A stretch of 64,000 bases of DNA from the NCBI GenBank assembly GCA_963839155.1, contig CAWITY010000003.1:138184-202183 (forward strand), written 5' to 3'. The translations under genes were made by a program, and so were the position numbers. Every line of letters begins with the position of its first letter. Positions within the stretch are counted from its first letter, which is position 1. The DNA comes from an uncultured Acidobacteriaceae bacterium. GTDB lineage: Bacteria; Acidobacteriota; Terriglobia; Terriglobales; Acidobacteriaceae. Shown piece by piece: positions 9,596 to 18,663 of this stretch. The notes beneath the pieces are model-generated. The model was not told where the DNA came from, did no database searches, and saw nothing but the letters and a program-made list of their open reading frames with translations.

Positions 9596-10261
9596 CTAGT
9601 TCTGCGCCGCCAACACGATGCCGTTCGTCCCGATGCCGGGGAAGCCGCCGAAGCGCGTGGCGTTGTTATGAACCACGCAGCCGTTCGCGCCATTGTATGT
9701 GCCGTCGCAGTTGTTCAGTGGGCCGGAGTAGAGGCATTGCGCGCCCTTGTACTTCGAGACCCACATGCAGAAATTGGCGCGGTAGAGAAAGCGCGGGAAG
9801 AGTTGGCGCATGGGAGATGGGGCGGAGAGCGAGAGTGTGGCTACCGTTGCCGAGCAGGTTGTCTTCATCACCGTGCTCGTGATGGCAAGGTCCGGTTCCC
9901 CGGCGGGATGCGCGGTGTTGTAGACGTAGATATTGGCCGTGGCGCCTACCACGCCCGCGTACTGCTCGATGATGCCTTGCAGGATGCGCATGGTATTCGA
10001 CGCGCGGAGGATCATGGTGGGCAGTTGCGCGCCGCCCGGCTCTTCAACGGAGAGTTCAAAGTTGAAGGGCTGGTAGGTCTGCGGCCCGTTGCCGTCCCCC
10101 GCGTCGAAGGTGATGGGATCGACGTTGCGGGCCAGGCGGAAGTGCTGGCCACTCCAGATAATGTCCAACAGGAGAATCCACGCATCTCCGGACGCGAGCT
10201 TGGACTTATCGCGCTGGGCTGCAAGCGAAAGGACTGCCATCGGAGAGTAACCGGCGGCCAT
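9596..10261 (-). CDS. Minor tail protein L-like
   Basis: C-terminal C.W..YKG.QC.Y...C.......C...NN..RFGGFPGI Cys cluster. Confidence 0.85.
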   Translation of the reverse strand: MAAGYSPMAVLSLAAQRDKSKLASGDAWILLLDIIWSGQHFRLARNVDPITFDAGDGNGPQTYQPFNFELSVEEPGGAQLPTMILRASNTMRILQGIIEQYAGVVGATANIYVYNTAHPAGEPDLAITSTVMKTTCSATVATLSLSAPSPMRQLFPRFLYRANFCMWVSKYKGAQCLYSGPLNNCDGTYNGANGCVVHNNATRFGGFPGIGTNGIVLAAQN

Positions 10262-10263
10262 GG

Positions 10264-11208
10264 TTATACCTCCGTCAATTCAAAGTTGACGCCGTAGACT
10301 TTTTGACCGCCGCCATAACCAATGTCAGAAAACTCCGGCAGTTTGGTGAAGCGGACGGGACGCGGCAGGCAATCGCTTCCCGCCATGCGGCCATACCACT
10401 GAACCGGGGTGAGCAGCGCGCAGGCTACCTCGTCCATCAGGATTGAAGCGGTGCCGTCGAGGGTGATGGTTCCCGATCCGGGGCCGGTGAGATGGCCGAG
10501 CAGCCGCATCTGGAATGAGACCGCGCCGGCGGGAATGGTAAACGTGGTGTAGTAATCCTGCCACCCGCCAACCGAGGTATTGAAGCCGTTGCCCGATCCG
10601 TTCAGTGTGGATTGATTGCCGTTGGCGTCATAGGTGAACATGGCCGCTGAACCCCACAGCGTCAATGCGCTGGCTAGCGAACCTTTGGTGGGCTTGACGC
10701 GCGCATGAAAGAGATAGGTCTCGCCGGGCGTACAAGGCGTCGTCACGTTGCTGTCTACCTCTGCGGCGACGGATTGATTGGCGGTGAGCACCTGGCCCAC
10801 TCCTGTGCCAAAGAGAAGCGCCTGCAGGCCATCTTCCGCGCCGGCGGTGGCGAGAGAGACAGGAAGAGCCGCCGCGGGCGCACTGCCCTGATACCAGCCG
10901 AAGGCAAGCATGGCGGCGCTGGGGGCGGGAAACTCGAAGCTCCCATTCGGCAGCAGATTGGGAAACAGAAAGCTATTGGAGCCGCGCGCCGCGGTGACGC
11001 GCTGAAAGTAGTCAAGCGCGCGCTTGTCTTCGGCGGTGATGTTGCGGACGTTGACCTTCCAGGTATCGCGGGCGCGGGTTCCGCGCGGTCGCGTGGCCAC
11101 GTCTCCGCTCTCCATCGGGTCGCGTATCGTGTCATCCTCAGTAGACTTCGAGGAATCCATCGAAGGTTGGCGCGAGAGCGACGGGAAGACGAGCGGGAAG
11201 GTGGCCAT
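10264..11208 (-). CDS. Minor/distal tail protein (gpM-like) with an inserted carbohydrate-binding-like domain
   Basis: MESG...TRPR.TR.R.TW N-terminus and VRF...ELTEV C-terminus enclose a NLLPNGSFE... domain. Confidence 0.75.
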   Translation of the reverse strand: MATFPLVFPSLSRQPSMDSSKSTEDDTIRDPMESGDVATRPRGTRARDTWKVNVRNITAEDKRALDYFQRVTAARGSNSFLFPNLLPNGSFEFPAPSAAMLAFGWYQGSAPAAALPVSLATAGAEDGLQALLFGTGVGQVLTANQSVAAEVDSNVTTPCTPGETYLFHARVKPTKGSLASALTLWGSAAMFTYDANGNQSTLNGSGNGFNTSVGGWQDYYTTFTIPAGAVSFQMRLLGHLTGPGSGTITLDGTASILMDEVACALLTPVQWYGRMAGSDCLPRPVRFTKLPEFSDIGYGGGQKVYGVNFELTEV

Positions 11209-11254
11209 AAGTCCAGCGTGTCCCGGAACTGGAAAAGCGCGCTAACATCGGGTC
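11209..11254. promoter_or_regulatory. Overlapping divergent leaderless promoters
   Basis: Minus strand: 37-bp late motif ending at ATG 11208; plus strand: TAACAT at -12..-7 of ATG 11255. Confidence 0.6.
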
Positions 11255-11986
11255 ATGCAACTGAAAGTGACGGTAGACGTATCAGCGGCGGTGGCCGGGC
11301 TTCATGATCTACAAAAACGGCAGATCCCGTTCGCGCTGGCGAAGACATTGACGGCCTGTGCGAAGATCGGCCAGGGGAAGACACAGGAGAGCCTGGAGGG
11401 GAAGTTCAAACTGCGCAATGATTTCACGCGGCGGGGCATCCGCATCAAACCGGCGGAAAAGAACGGCGCGGTGATCGAGGCCGATGTTCATACCGATACG
11501 GCCAACCGGGCCACCGGGGCGCCGGATTACCTGCTCCCCCAGGACGAAGGCGCGGAAAAGACGCCGTATGGCGGCCACGAGTACATTGCGGTGCCCACCA
11601 AATACTTTCGCAATAAGTGGGGCAACGGGCCGATCCGTGCTGAGTTGCGCCCCAAAAACCTGCTCGGCGCGGTGGGCGGACGGTTTAGCGTGATGGTCGC
11701 GCGCAAGGGGTGGAAGGATAAGCAACTGGCATTGCGGAATCAAAAGATCGTACTTGGCTACGTCTTTTTTATCCAGGACCTGAAAGACGGCCACAAGGCC
11801 ATCATGGGCAGGAATCCGGACGGGAGAGACCCGGAGCCGTTCTATATCCTCATCCCCGAGGCGCACATCAAACCCAAGTTGGGCATGGAAGAGACCGTCG
11901 ATGCCGCAGTTCAGAGATCATTCCCGGAACTATGGAAGGAAACCTGGCGTTCCATTATGGCGAAGGGGCTGCGAATCACATCGTAA
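11255..11986 (+). CDS. Phage tail completion protein (gpZ-like), on the opposite strand
   Basis: RQIPFALAKTLT...F..RN.FT..GIRI..A.K...YL..Q.EG..K pattern typical of basic gpZ-like proteins. Confidence 0.55.
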   Translation: MQLKVTVDVSAAVAGLHDLQKRQIPFALAKTLTACAKIGQGKTQESLEGKFKLRNDFTRRGIRIKPAEKNGAVIEADVHTDTANRATGAPDYLLPQDEGAEKTPYGGHEYIAVPTKYFRNKWGNGPIRAELRPKNLLGAVGGRFSVMVARKGWKDKQLALRNQKIVLGYVFFIQDLKDGHKAIMGRNPDGRDPEPFYILIPEAHIKPKLGMEETVDAAVQRSFPELWKETWRSIMAKGLRITS

Positions 11987-12033
11987 GTCTTGGCGAGTGT
12001 GTTAGACTGCGGGCGCATTCACTAGGAGGCAAT

Positions 12034-13017
12034 ATGCACAGATCGCTCCACGCGCTCGCTCTCTGCTTTTTCCTGGCCGCAACCAGCGCGCTGCCAGAGG
12101 ACAGCAAAAGGATTAAAGTGACCGTGGTAGAGAACGTACCGATGACCTCTTCGTATAACTGGGAGGTTGACGGTAAAGATAGCATATCCTGCTACAGCAC
12201 GGGATGTACTTCTCACTGGACGCTACCCGACTCGGGCACGGCGAATGTAACAGGAGCGACACTCAAACTTCTTTTGCCGGATGGGCGGATAGTAATTGCT
12301 CAGTGTGTGGCCAAGCCTAACATATCCGCCAACATAGCCAACGCATTAGCAGATAATCGCGCGTCAACTGTCTATCGCGATTGCAGGAAGCCTTGGGAGC
12401 ACGACACAGTATATGCAACTTTCAAACACAGCCAAGTGAAATTGTTCATGCAAGCACCGAGTCTCGATGGAACTGGCGCAACAGAAAGCGAGACCTATTT
12501 CATTGTCGGAGTTTTGCGGCCCAGTGACCATCCTATTCCAACGGCTACCACCTTGCCGCAAGTTGAGAAGTTCAAGACTTACAATTATCCAGCTGATGGA
12601 TTTAGCGCCTCTTATCCATCGGAACCACATCTAACAAAGAAGGATGTCCCAACCTCTTCCGGAACTGTCGAATTGCGCCTCTATTTTGCACAAGATGGCC
12701 AAGCGGGCGTGTTTGTGACGGCTGATGATCGCGGCACTATAGGATTAGACTCGGACGCAGAATTACAACGCATGAAGGACGGCTTTCTATCCGCTTCAAC
12801 GGCGCATCTCCTCAACGAGAAGAAGATTACATTCGGCCTTTACCCCGGTATCGAGTTCGAGGCAGAGAGTGCCGAAGGGCACTTTTCTGCTCGCTTCTAT
12901 CTAGTGGGTTCCATGCTCTATAAAACGGCAGTGGTATCAAAGGTAGGTCAACCCTACCCCGATACTGATCGCTTCCTGAATTCTTTCCATTTGATCCCGC
13001 ATACTGACCCTAATTAG
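12034..13017 (+). CDS. Exported two-domain protein, probable moron
   Basis: AGGAGG SD; signal peptide; lower GC than flanks; C-terminal GFSASYP...G.E...RFLNSF PsbP/Mog1-like pattern. Confidence 0.75.
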   Translation: MHRSLHALALCFFLAATSALPEDSKRIKVTVVENVPMTSSYNWEVDGKDSISCYSTGCTSHWTLPDSGTANVTGATLKLLLPDGRIVIAQCVAKPNISANIANALADNRASTVYRDCRKPWEHDTVYATFKHSQVKLFMQAPSLDGTGATESETYFIVGVLRPSDHPIPTATTLPQVEKFKTYNYPADGFSASYPSEPHLTKKDVPTSSGTVELRLYFAQDGQAGVFVTADDRGTIGLDSDAELQRMKDGFLSASTAHLLNEKKITFGLYPGIEFEAESAEGHFSARFYLVGSMLYKTAVVSKVGQPYPDTDRFLNSFHLIPHTDPN

Positions 13018-15050
13018 CCAAGCATTAAGAGACCAGCGATTCCTTGCGCTACCGGACCGTTGGTTTCCAATTGCTTGAGCATGATCTGAATGACCTGCTG
13101 TTCTCCTCCGTCGCCTCCGGACTGTTGTGTCTGACTGACCTGCATCGGCGTTCCTTGATTATTAAGAACCACCTGAATCCCGCCGGAACCTCCAGCCGCC
13201 GCACCACCGCCGATCTGCATTGCCGAAGCCGCGGCGCTGGCGATAGTACCCGCCCCCGAGCCGAGACCGCCGTTCGAGGTTGTGCTGTCCCCTTTGTGAT
13301 GAAAGAGACCGCCGAGCGATCCCAGAGCGTCCCCCAGCAAGCCATTGTGACCTTTCGGATTGCCCTTCGACCCATCCAACCCTTTTCCTCCACTACCGGA
13401 CGAATCGCCGAAGAGCGCGCCGAATATCTGAGACTCTGCGGCCTGCCCCAGGTCATTCAGCAGGTTGGATCGCATCTGCTTCCACTTCTGATCCCACCGT
13501 TCGGACATATTGAAGAGAGGATCGAAGACGCCGTGCGCGAACTTCTCCGCTTCGCCGCGGGCTTCCTTTGTATCATCGGTGGTCCAACTGGCCAGTTTCA
13601 CGTTGGGATGCTGCGAACCGAATATGCCGCTCATGTCCGGTGCCTGCTCAAGCCCCGACATGTCAATCGGCTTTGCCATCTCGGCGGCGTAGGCGTCCGC
13701 TATTTGACGCGCGAATGTTGCTCGCTTGGCATCCAACTCAACCAATCGGCCCTCGATCTCAAGGTTCTTTGCCTGCATGGCGTTCAGCTTCGATTCCGTC
13801 TCGATGCGATCCTTGCCTGTTTTGGCTTCTCCCGATGCTAGGGCATTCATTTGATCGGTGAGAGCGCGGCGCTCGGATATGAGTTTCGTGCGCTCGGCGT
13901 CGAAGGCAGCGTTCTGATAGGTCTCTTTCTGAGTGAGGTAGTCAGCCTCGGAGACCAGACCCTGCTTGTGCATCTCTTCGAGGATGGAAAGCATGGTCTG
14001 TGCATGGACCTTGGCGCGGGTCTCGTCCAGCTTGGCGCCCGCATCGGCGAGTTGACGCAGTGAAGCCTCATTGCGCTCCTGTGCAGATGCAAGTTCGGCG
14101 GCAGCGCGCTTTTGCTCGGCGATCTCCTTTGGTGAAGTACCCTTTTGGGGGTCTTTCTTCGGGTCCGGCGGCGGCAAGCCGGGAGCTTTGGGCAGCGCCG
14201 GCGCATCGGGAAGGGTATAGAGCAGAGGATTCCAAGCTCCCATAAACGCGGATAGGGCATCCCTCCAAACATGCCCGCTAGACATTTCCTGAAAGAAAGA
14301 AGTGAGACCGGGAGCGGCCCAACTGCTTACTCCTAACTCGAATTTTTGCCATTCTGCGCTGAGGGCAGCGACCGACTCGTGCATCTCCTTCATCTTCTCA
14401 ATATCTTCATCGGTGAAGATGGCAGCATGTGATTTTCCCTCTTCCAGTGCGCCGCTGAGTTGGTTCAAGACGGGGATTAAATCCTGACCTGATTTCTTGA
14501 ATAACTCCGTCGCTATCGCATTCTTGTCAATGCCAGCCGGAAGATCACGGAACTTATCGGCGACAAGCGTCAACACGGCCATCATGTCGTCGCCTTTGGC
14601 GCGCAGATCGGCAACCGATATGCCTAGGTCTGCGAATGCTTTTGTGGCTTTCGGATTCCCCTCTTCCGCCGCATGGACAGCGGTAGAGATATTCTTGAAG
14701 CCCTTGACGAGAGCCTCGAAACCCACGCCGGTTTCAGCGGCCACATATTTCAACAGAGAGAGTTTTTCGGCGGAGATGCCGGTTTCTTCGCGGAGTTTGC
14801 CAAGCTCGACTCCGGTCTCCATCGTTGACTGAATCATATCCTTCAAGCCACCGACGATCTCCCGGACGCCAATAGCAATTCCGGCGGCTGCTAGGCCGCC
14901 CTCGAGAACCTTGCCTATTTCGCCGAGGGAGTCAGAGGTTTCCTTCGCCTTATCCTGCATCTCCCCCAGGTGCTTGTCGATCGCTTTGATAACTTCGCCG
15001 GTTTTGTCTTCGCCGGAGACTACGACAACCACGCCGCCTTTACTTGCCAT
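13014..15050 (-). CDS. Tail tape measure protein
   Basis: 678 aa, helical and Ala/Glu-rich; follows chaperones; Gly-rich C-terminus ending NGP. Confidence 0.9.
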   Translation of the reverse strand: MASKGGVVVVVSGEDKTGEVIKAIDKHLGEMQDKAKETSDSLGEIGKVLEGGLAAAGIAIGVREIVGGLKDMIQSTMETGVELGKLREETGISAEKLSLLKYVAAETGVGFEALVKGFKNISTAVHAAEEGNPKATKAFADLGISVADLRAKGDDMMAVLTLVADKFRDLPAGIDKNAIATELFKKSGQDLIPVLNQLSGALEEGKSHAAIFTDEDIEKMKEMHESVAALSAEWQKFELGVSSWAAPGLTSFFQEMSSGHVWRDALSAFMGAWNPLLYTLPDAPALPKAPGLPPPDPKKDPQKGTSPKEIAEQKRAAAELASAQERNEASLRQLADAGAKLDETRAKVHAQTMLSILEEMHKQGLVSEADYLTQKETYQNAAFDAERTKLISERRALTDQMNALASGEAKTGKDRIETESKLNAMQAKNLEIEGRLVELDAKRATFARQIADAYAAEMAKPIDMSGLEQAPDMSGIFGSQHPNVKLASWTTDDTKEARGEAEKFAHGVFDPLFNMSERWDQKWKQMRSNLLNDLGQAAESQIFGALFGDSSGSGGKGLDGSKGNPKGHNGLLGDALGSLGGLFHHKGDSTTSNGGLGSGAGTIASAAASAMQIGGGAAAGGSGGIQVVLNNQGTPMQVSQTQQSGGDGGEQQVIQIMLKQLETNGPVAQGIAGLLMLG

Positions 15051-15468
15051 CGGTCACCACCTGATTTGATTTTGCCTTGTGTGCGGCGAAGAATGCTCTT
15101 GCGGCGCTGTCGGAATCGGGGAAGGCTGTGCCCTTGGACGCGCGCTTCTTTTTGGGACGCTCCAATAGTTGCTTCGGCGTGAGCGGCTTTTCTCCCTTGG
15201 GCGTGTAAGGCAGCAGGATCAGGTGACCGAGCCAGGCGGACTCCGCATGAGCACGGCGCGCATCCCGCTCGGACCGTTCCCGGTTACCGCGCAGGATGAG
15301 CACCAGTTCGCTGTAGAGAAGCCGATAGAACTCGGTGGGCGCAAGGCCCATCTCTCCGCAGACGATACGGAAGGCGTCTTCCCACGTCCATGGGGTGCTC
15401 CGCACCTTTTTACCGCGCGTTCCGCGCCCCTGGCTTACGCGCTTTCTACCGGGGCGTTGGATTCCCCC
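15040..15468 (-). CDS. Tail assembly chaperone T segment (reached by -1 frameshift)
   Basis: GEMGLAPTEFYRL motif; overlaps the G ORF in the -1 frame at GGGGGAA (15462-15468). Confidence 0.75.
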   Translation of the reverse strand, partial: GGIQRPGRKRVSQGRGTRGKKVRSTPWTWEDAFRIVCGEMGLAPTEFYRLLYSELVLILRGNRERSERDARRAHAESAWLGHLILLPYTPKGEKPLTPKQLLERPKKKRASKGTAFPDSDSAARAFFAAHKAKSNQVVTDGK

Positions 15469-15830
15469 GCGGGATCGTCTCCGTAATACTGGTTGAGCGC
15501 CTCGGTGATGGCCAGCACGGCCTGGGTGACCCACTTGCGGCGGGTGAGCAGCGCGCCCACGTCTTCGACGGTCAACGTCTCATTGCGGCGCGTGGCGTCC
15601 TCTTGCAGCGCGGCCCACAGGTAGAGACGGAGATTCTCGACATTCACGTCAAGAGTGCGCTGAATCTTGCCAGTCTCGGGGTCCTGGGTTTCGGCAATCG
15701 TCTCCCACAGGCTGCTGTCTTTTCCGCCGGCGTTGCGGATAAGGATTTCAGTGTTGAGGTTGAAGGCCAGTTGGCGGCGGCGGTCGAAGTCAACGAAGAT
15801 CGGCTTTTTGAAGATCACTACGGAACCCAT
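15435..15830 (-). CDS. Tail assembly chaperone G
   Basis: Between tail tube and tape measure; AGGAG SD; LYLWAAL...LTVEDVG. Confidence 0.8.
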   Translation of the reverse strand: MGSVVIFKKPIFVDFDRRRQLAFNLNTEILIRNAGGKDSSLWETIAETQDPETGKIQRTLDVNVENLRLYLWAALQEDATRRNETLTVEDVGALLTRRKWVTQAVLAITEALNQYYGDDPAGESNAPVESA

Positions 15831-15848
15831 AAACACTCCTGTCAGTTG

Positions 15849-15882
15849 AAAAAATGGGCCGATCTCCCCCGAGACCGGCCCT
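15849..15882 (-). terminator. Terminator-like hairpin after the tail-tube genes
   Basis: GGGCCGGTCTC-GGGG-GAGATCGGCCC followed by ATTTTTT. Confidence 0.65.
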
Positions 15883-15932
15883 CCCTCAAAGCTGCCGCGC
15901 GAAGGCAATAGACACGGCAGCGCCCTTGAACA

Positions 15933-16586
15933 TTACTGAGTGACGATAGAGAACGCGCCTGCGCCCTTGAGCGAGATACTGACGCCCTGCAGATCGTTGT
16001 TCTTTCCGTCCCACTTGAAGTCGGTCATAATGACGGAACCCACATACGAGTCACAGCCGGACGTGTCAACCTGCTGCGGGAAAAGCGTGATGGTCAACGC
16101 GGTGCGGGAGAGGATTGCGCCGAGCAGATACTCCTGGGTGGCGTCTCCCGCGATGTAATCGAGCTTCGCGGTGGACTCGAAGTCGAGCAGGCCAGGCATA
16201 CGGCTCTTCCATCCGCCACCGCCGTGATCTGTTGCGTCCAACTCTTCGGCCTTGAATGCGCCGTCAAGTTCCTTGAGGCCCGCAACGGTGGTCATGACCG
16301 CGGCGAACGGCGTTCCGGTGATAGCTCCGAAGGCGGTGGCGTTGATGGCAACCGAGCAAGTGTTCGCTGTTACGATGGTCGCCGTGACCTGCACACCGTT
16401 GAGCGGCGCCCACGATCCAGTGAAGCCGGTAATGACGAGCAAGATCAATGTGCCTGCCGTCATGCCGGTGCCCACCCCGGCGATGGTGAGCACGGTGGGA
16501 TTGGCGTTGGTTGCGGCGGTGATGGCCACATTGGCGGCGGCATAGCCAAGCTGCGCTTTGTAGCCTTGCAGTTTCGTCGGGGTCAT
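15933..16586 (-). CDS. Tail tube protein paralogue 2 with an 85-aa inserted domain
   Basis: About 80% identical to paralogue 1 over the last 117 aa (manual alignment). Confidence 0.85.
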   Translation of the reverse strand: MTPTKLQGYKAQLGYAAANVAITAATNANPTVLTIAGVGTGMTAGTLILLVITGFTGSWAPLNGVQVTATIVTANTCSVAINATAFGAITGTPFAAVMTTVAGLKELDGAFKAEELDATDHGGGGWKSRMPGLLDFESTAKLDYIAGDATQEYLLGAILSRTALTITLFPQQVDTSGCDSYVGSVIMTDFKWDGKNNDLQGVSISLKGAGAFSIVTQ

Positions 16587-16619
16587 TGTCCGTGCTCCTT
16601 AAACATCCAGCCCTGTTGC

Positions 16620-17048
16620 TTACTGCGCGGTGAAGGTGAAAGCGCCGGCTCCCTTGAGCGAGATACTCACTCCCTGGAGATCGTTGTTTTTGCCGTCCCA
16701 CTTGAAATCGGTGATGATGACCGAGCCATTGTAGGAATCGACGCCCGAGCCGGTGCCCTGGAACGGGAATAGAGTGATGGCCAGCGGGGTGCGGTTGAGG
16801 ATGGCATTGAGCAGATACTCCTGAGAGGTATCGCCCGCGATGTAATCGAGCTTCGCCGTGCCCTCGAAGTCGAGTAGCCCGGCCATGCGGTTTTTCCAAC
16901 CCGAGCCGCCGTGATCGGTGGAGTCCAGTTCCTCGGCCTTGAACGCGCCATCCACTTCCTTGAGGCCCGCGACGATCTGGAGGGTCACATTCATGTAGCC
17001 CAACTGGGCTTTGTATCCCTGCAACTTGATGGGAGTAATGACGGGCAT
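16620..17048 (-). CDS. Major tail tube protein paralogue 1
   Basis: LDSTDHGGSGWK..MAGL.D.EG...YNGSVIIT...SISLKGAG tail-tube pattern; GGAGG SD. Confidence 0.85.
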   Translation of the reverse strand: MPVITPIKLQGYKAQLGYMNVTLQIVAGLKEVDGAFKAEELDSTDHGGSGWKNRMAGLLDFEGTAKLDYIAGDTSQEYLLNAILNRTPLAITLFPFQGTGSGVDSYNGSVIITDFKWDGKNNDLQGVSISLKGAGAFTFTAQ

Positions 17049-17066
17049 TTCAGATTCCTCCAGGCC

Positions 17067-17522
17067 CTACGAGGCCAGATAAGTCTTGTTGATGGTTGGA
17101 TCGTTTCTTCCTACTGCCACTTCAACACGCACCGTAATATCCACGCAAACCTGATCGGAATTCGTCTTATCGACGTAGCCGATCTCGATGTTATCGATGT
17201 ACGTGTCACTTACCAGGCCGCCCAAAGAGGGATCGCGGCAGATCTGCGTCCATGCCCAAACCACGAGTGGATCGGCGGAGAGATCGACATTGTTGGTTGC
17301 GGCGACATAAGCACGGACAGTGAAGGTGGCGTCGATGTTGACCGAATCGTGCGCGGCGTCGGCATACTTGCAATCGATCTTGGTTGGGAAGAGATTGAAG
17401 GCGGTTTCCGATGCGCCCACCATCTCGAAGCGGGCGCGCCATGCCTGCGCCGGCGAACCCGATGCGTTGAGCAGGGCAAGGATGGCCGTGGCCGCTTGCG
17501 TCCAGATTGCTATCGCAGCCAT
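17067..17522 (-). CDS. Tail terminator-like protein (gpU position)
   Basis: DPSLGGLV motif; directly upstream of the tail tube gene. Confidence 0.65.
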   Translation of the reverse strand: MAAIAIWTQAATAILALLNASGSPAQAWRARFEMVGASETAFNLFPTKIDCKYADAAHDSVNIDATFTVRAYVAATNNVDLSADPLVVWAWTQICRDPSLGGLVSDTYIDNIEIGYVDKTNSDQVCVDITVRVEVAVGRNDPTINKTYLAS

Positions 17523-17659
17523 CAGAGCCACCGCGCTTTCCCAAAGCACTCGCGGGCGCCGTCGCGAATGACGGAGAGTTTGACGCGCAGGCTCTTGCGG
17601 CTCTCAAGAGCGCCACAGAGCAGCCCAGCGAAGATGAGGAAGCGATCAGCGAAGTTCAT
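17522..17659 (-). CDS. Small hypothetical protein (45 aa)
   Basis: TGATG overlaps with both neighbours. Confidence 0.45.
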   Translation of the reverse strand: MNFADRFLIFAGLLCGALESRKSLRVKLSVIRDGARECFGKARWL

Positions 17660-18039
17660 CAGAAATCCCCTTGATAGGTTTCGTCGGGCGCGGCGGGCTG
17701 GCCGTTGGTTGGCTTGTCGAGCAAGATCAACTCTTCGGCAATGATGCTTGTCTTCCAGCGCTTGACCTGCTGATCGTCTTCCCAACTTGACGTGCGCAGG
17801 CGACCGGAGATATAGACCTTCGATCCCTTGTGCAGGTATTGCTTGGCCACGTCCGCCAGTTTGCCGAAGAGCACAACCGAATGCCACTCGGTGTGATCGA
17901 CCCAGGTATCACCGGATTTCTTGCGCTCGTTGGTGGCCAGGGAGACCATCGTCAGCGACGTTCCATTTTGCAGTTGCTTGGACTCGGGCGGCTGGCCCAC
18001 GTTGCCCAGCAGCGTGACGGAGTTGACACTCTTGCTCAT
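17659..18039 (-). CDS. ssb: Single-stranded DNA-binding protein
   Basis: SVNSVTLLGNVG, TEWHSVV, YLHKGSKVYISGRLRT, acidic tail ending GDF. Confidence 0.95.
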   Translation of the reverse strand: MSKSVNSVTLLGNVGQPPESKQLQNGTSLTMVSLATNERKKSGDTWVDHTEWHSVVLFGKLADVAKQYLHKGSKVYISGRLRTSSWEDDQQVKRWKTSIIAEELILLDKPTNGQPAAPDETYQGDF

Positions 18040-18089
18040 CGTTGTCCTTCCTTTCAAGGCGCAACATTCTGTCGGTTAAATTGCAAACA

Positions 18090-18127
18090 GCAGGTCCTTC
18101 GGCGCGCTTCGCTTGCTCAGGATGACA
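18090..18127. repeat. REP-like element GCAGGTCCTTCG...GCTCAGGATGACA inside the prophage
   Basis: Same termini at 46105-46144 and nearly the same at 57119/57486. Confidence 0.8.
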
Positions 18128-18138
18128 ATTTGAAAGAG

Positions 18139-18471
18139 TCATGAGGTCACAGGGCCTTTCAGGATAATGTCCATGAGCGACGGATCGTGGCAGGGCACGA
18201 AGGACTTGACGGTGTAATCGCCCGCGACGAATCCCGCCGGCAGGTTGCCATTGTCGGCAATCGAGATGGTGTCGAACGGCTTGGGACCACCGTTGGCAGG
18301 TTGCGCGATGTGGAGGATGTACTCAACCTTCTCGAAGCTGCCGGGACCGTCGCCGTGATGAAATATGTCGCTGTACACGTCGATGACTCCGGAGAGAGTG
18401 CTGCCGTTCCATGCAACGGGCACACCGAAGTCAGCGAAGAATACCGGGAGGTCCTGATCGCCGAAGGCCAT
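18139..18471 (-). CDS. Head-tail joining protein (FII-like)
   Basis: DLPVFFADFG N-terminus; position after the capsid gene. Confidence 0.65.
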   Translation of the reverse strand: MAFGDQDLPVFFADFGVPVAWNGSTLSGVIDVYSDIFHHGDGPGSFEKVEYILHIAQPANGGPKPFDTISIADNGNLPAGFVAGDYTVKSFVPCHDPSLMDIILKGPVTS

Positions 18472-18662
18472 TAGCTTTCCTGTGTGGCGCGGCGCGCGCG
18501 CTGTTTTTTCGGCGTTTCGGTTTCGGCGGCTTCATCATCTTCCACCACATGCCCACACGAGCGAAGGATCATTGCATCCTCATGGGACACATCGATCACT
18601 TGCCCTGCTTCCTGATGGGCACCATCGACAATGCAAGAACGGTGGATGTGTACGCGCGGCAT
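18471..18662 (-). CDS. Small capsid-associated hypothetical protein
   Basis: G..I.V...DA..L...G pattern with a basic tail; coupled to neighbours. Confidence 0.55.
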   Translation of the reverse strand: MPRVHIHRSCIVDGAHQEAGQVIDVSHEDAMILRSCGHVVEDDEAAETETPKKQRARRATQES

Positions 18663-18663
18663 T

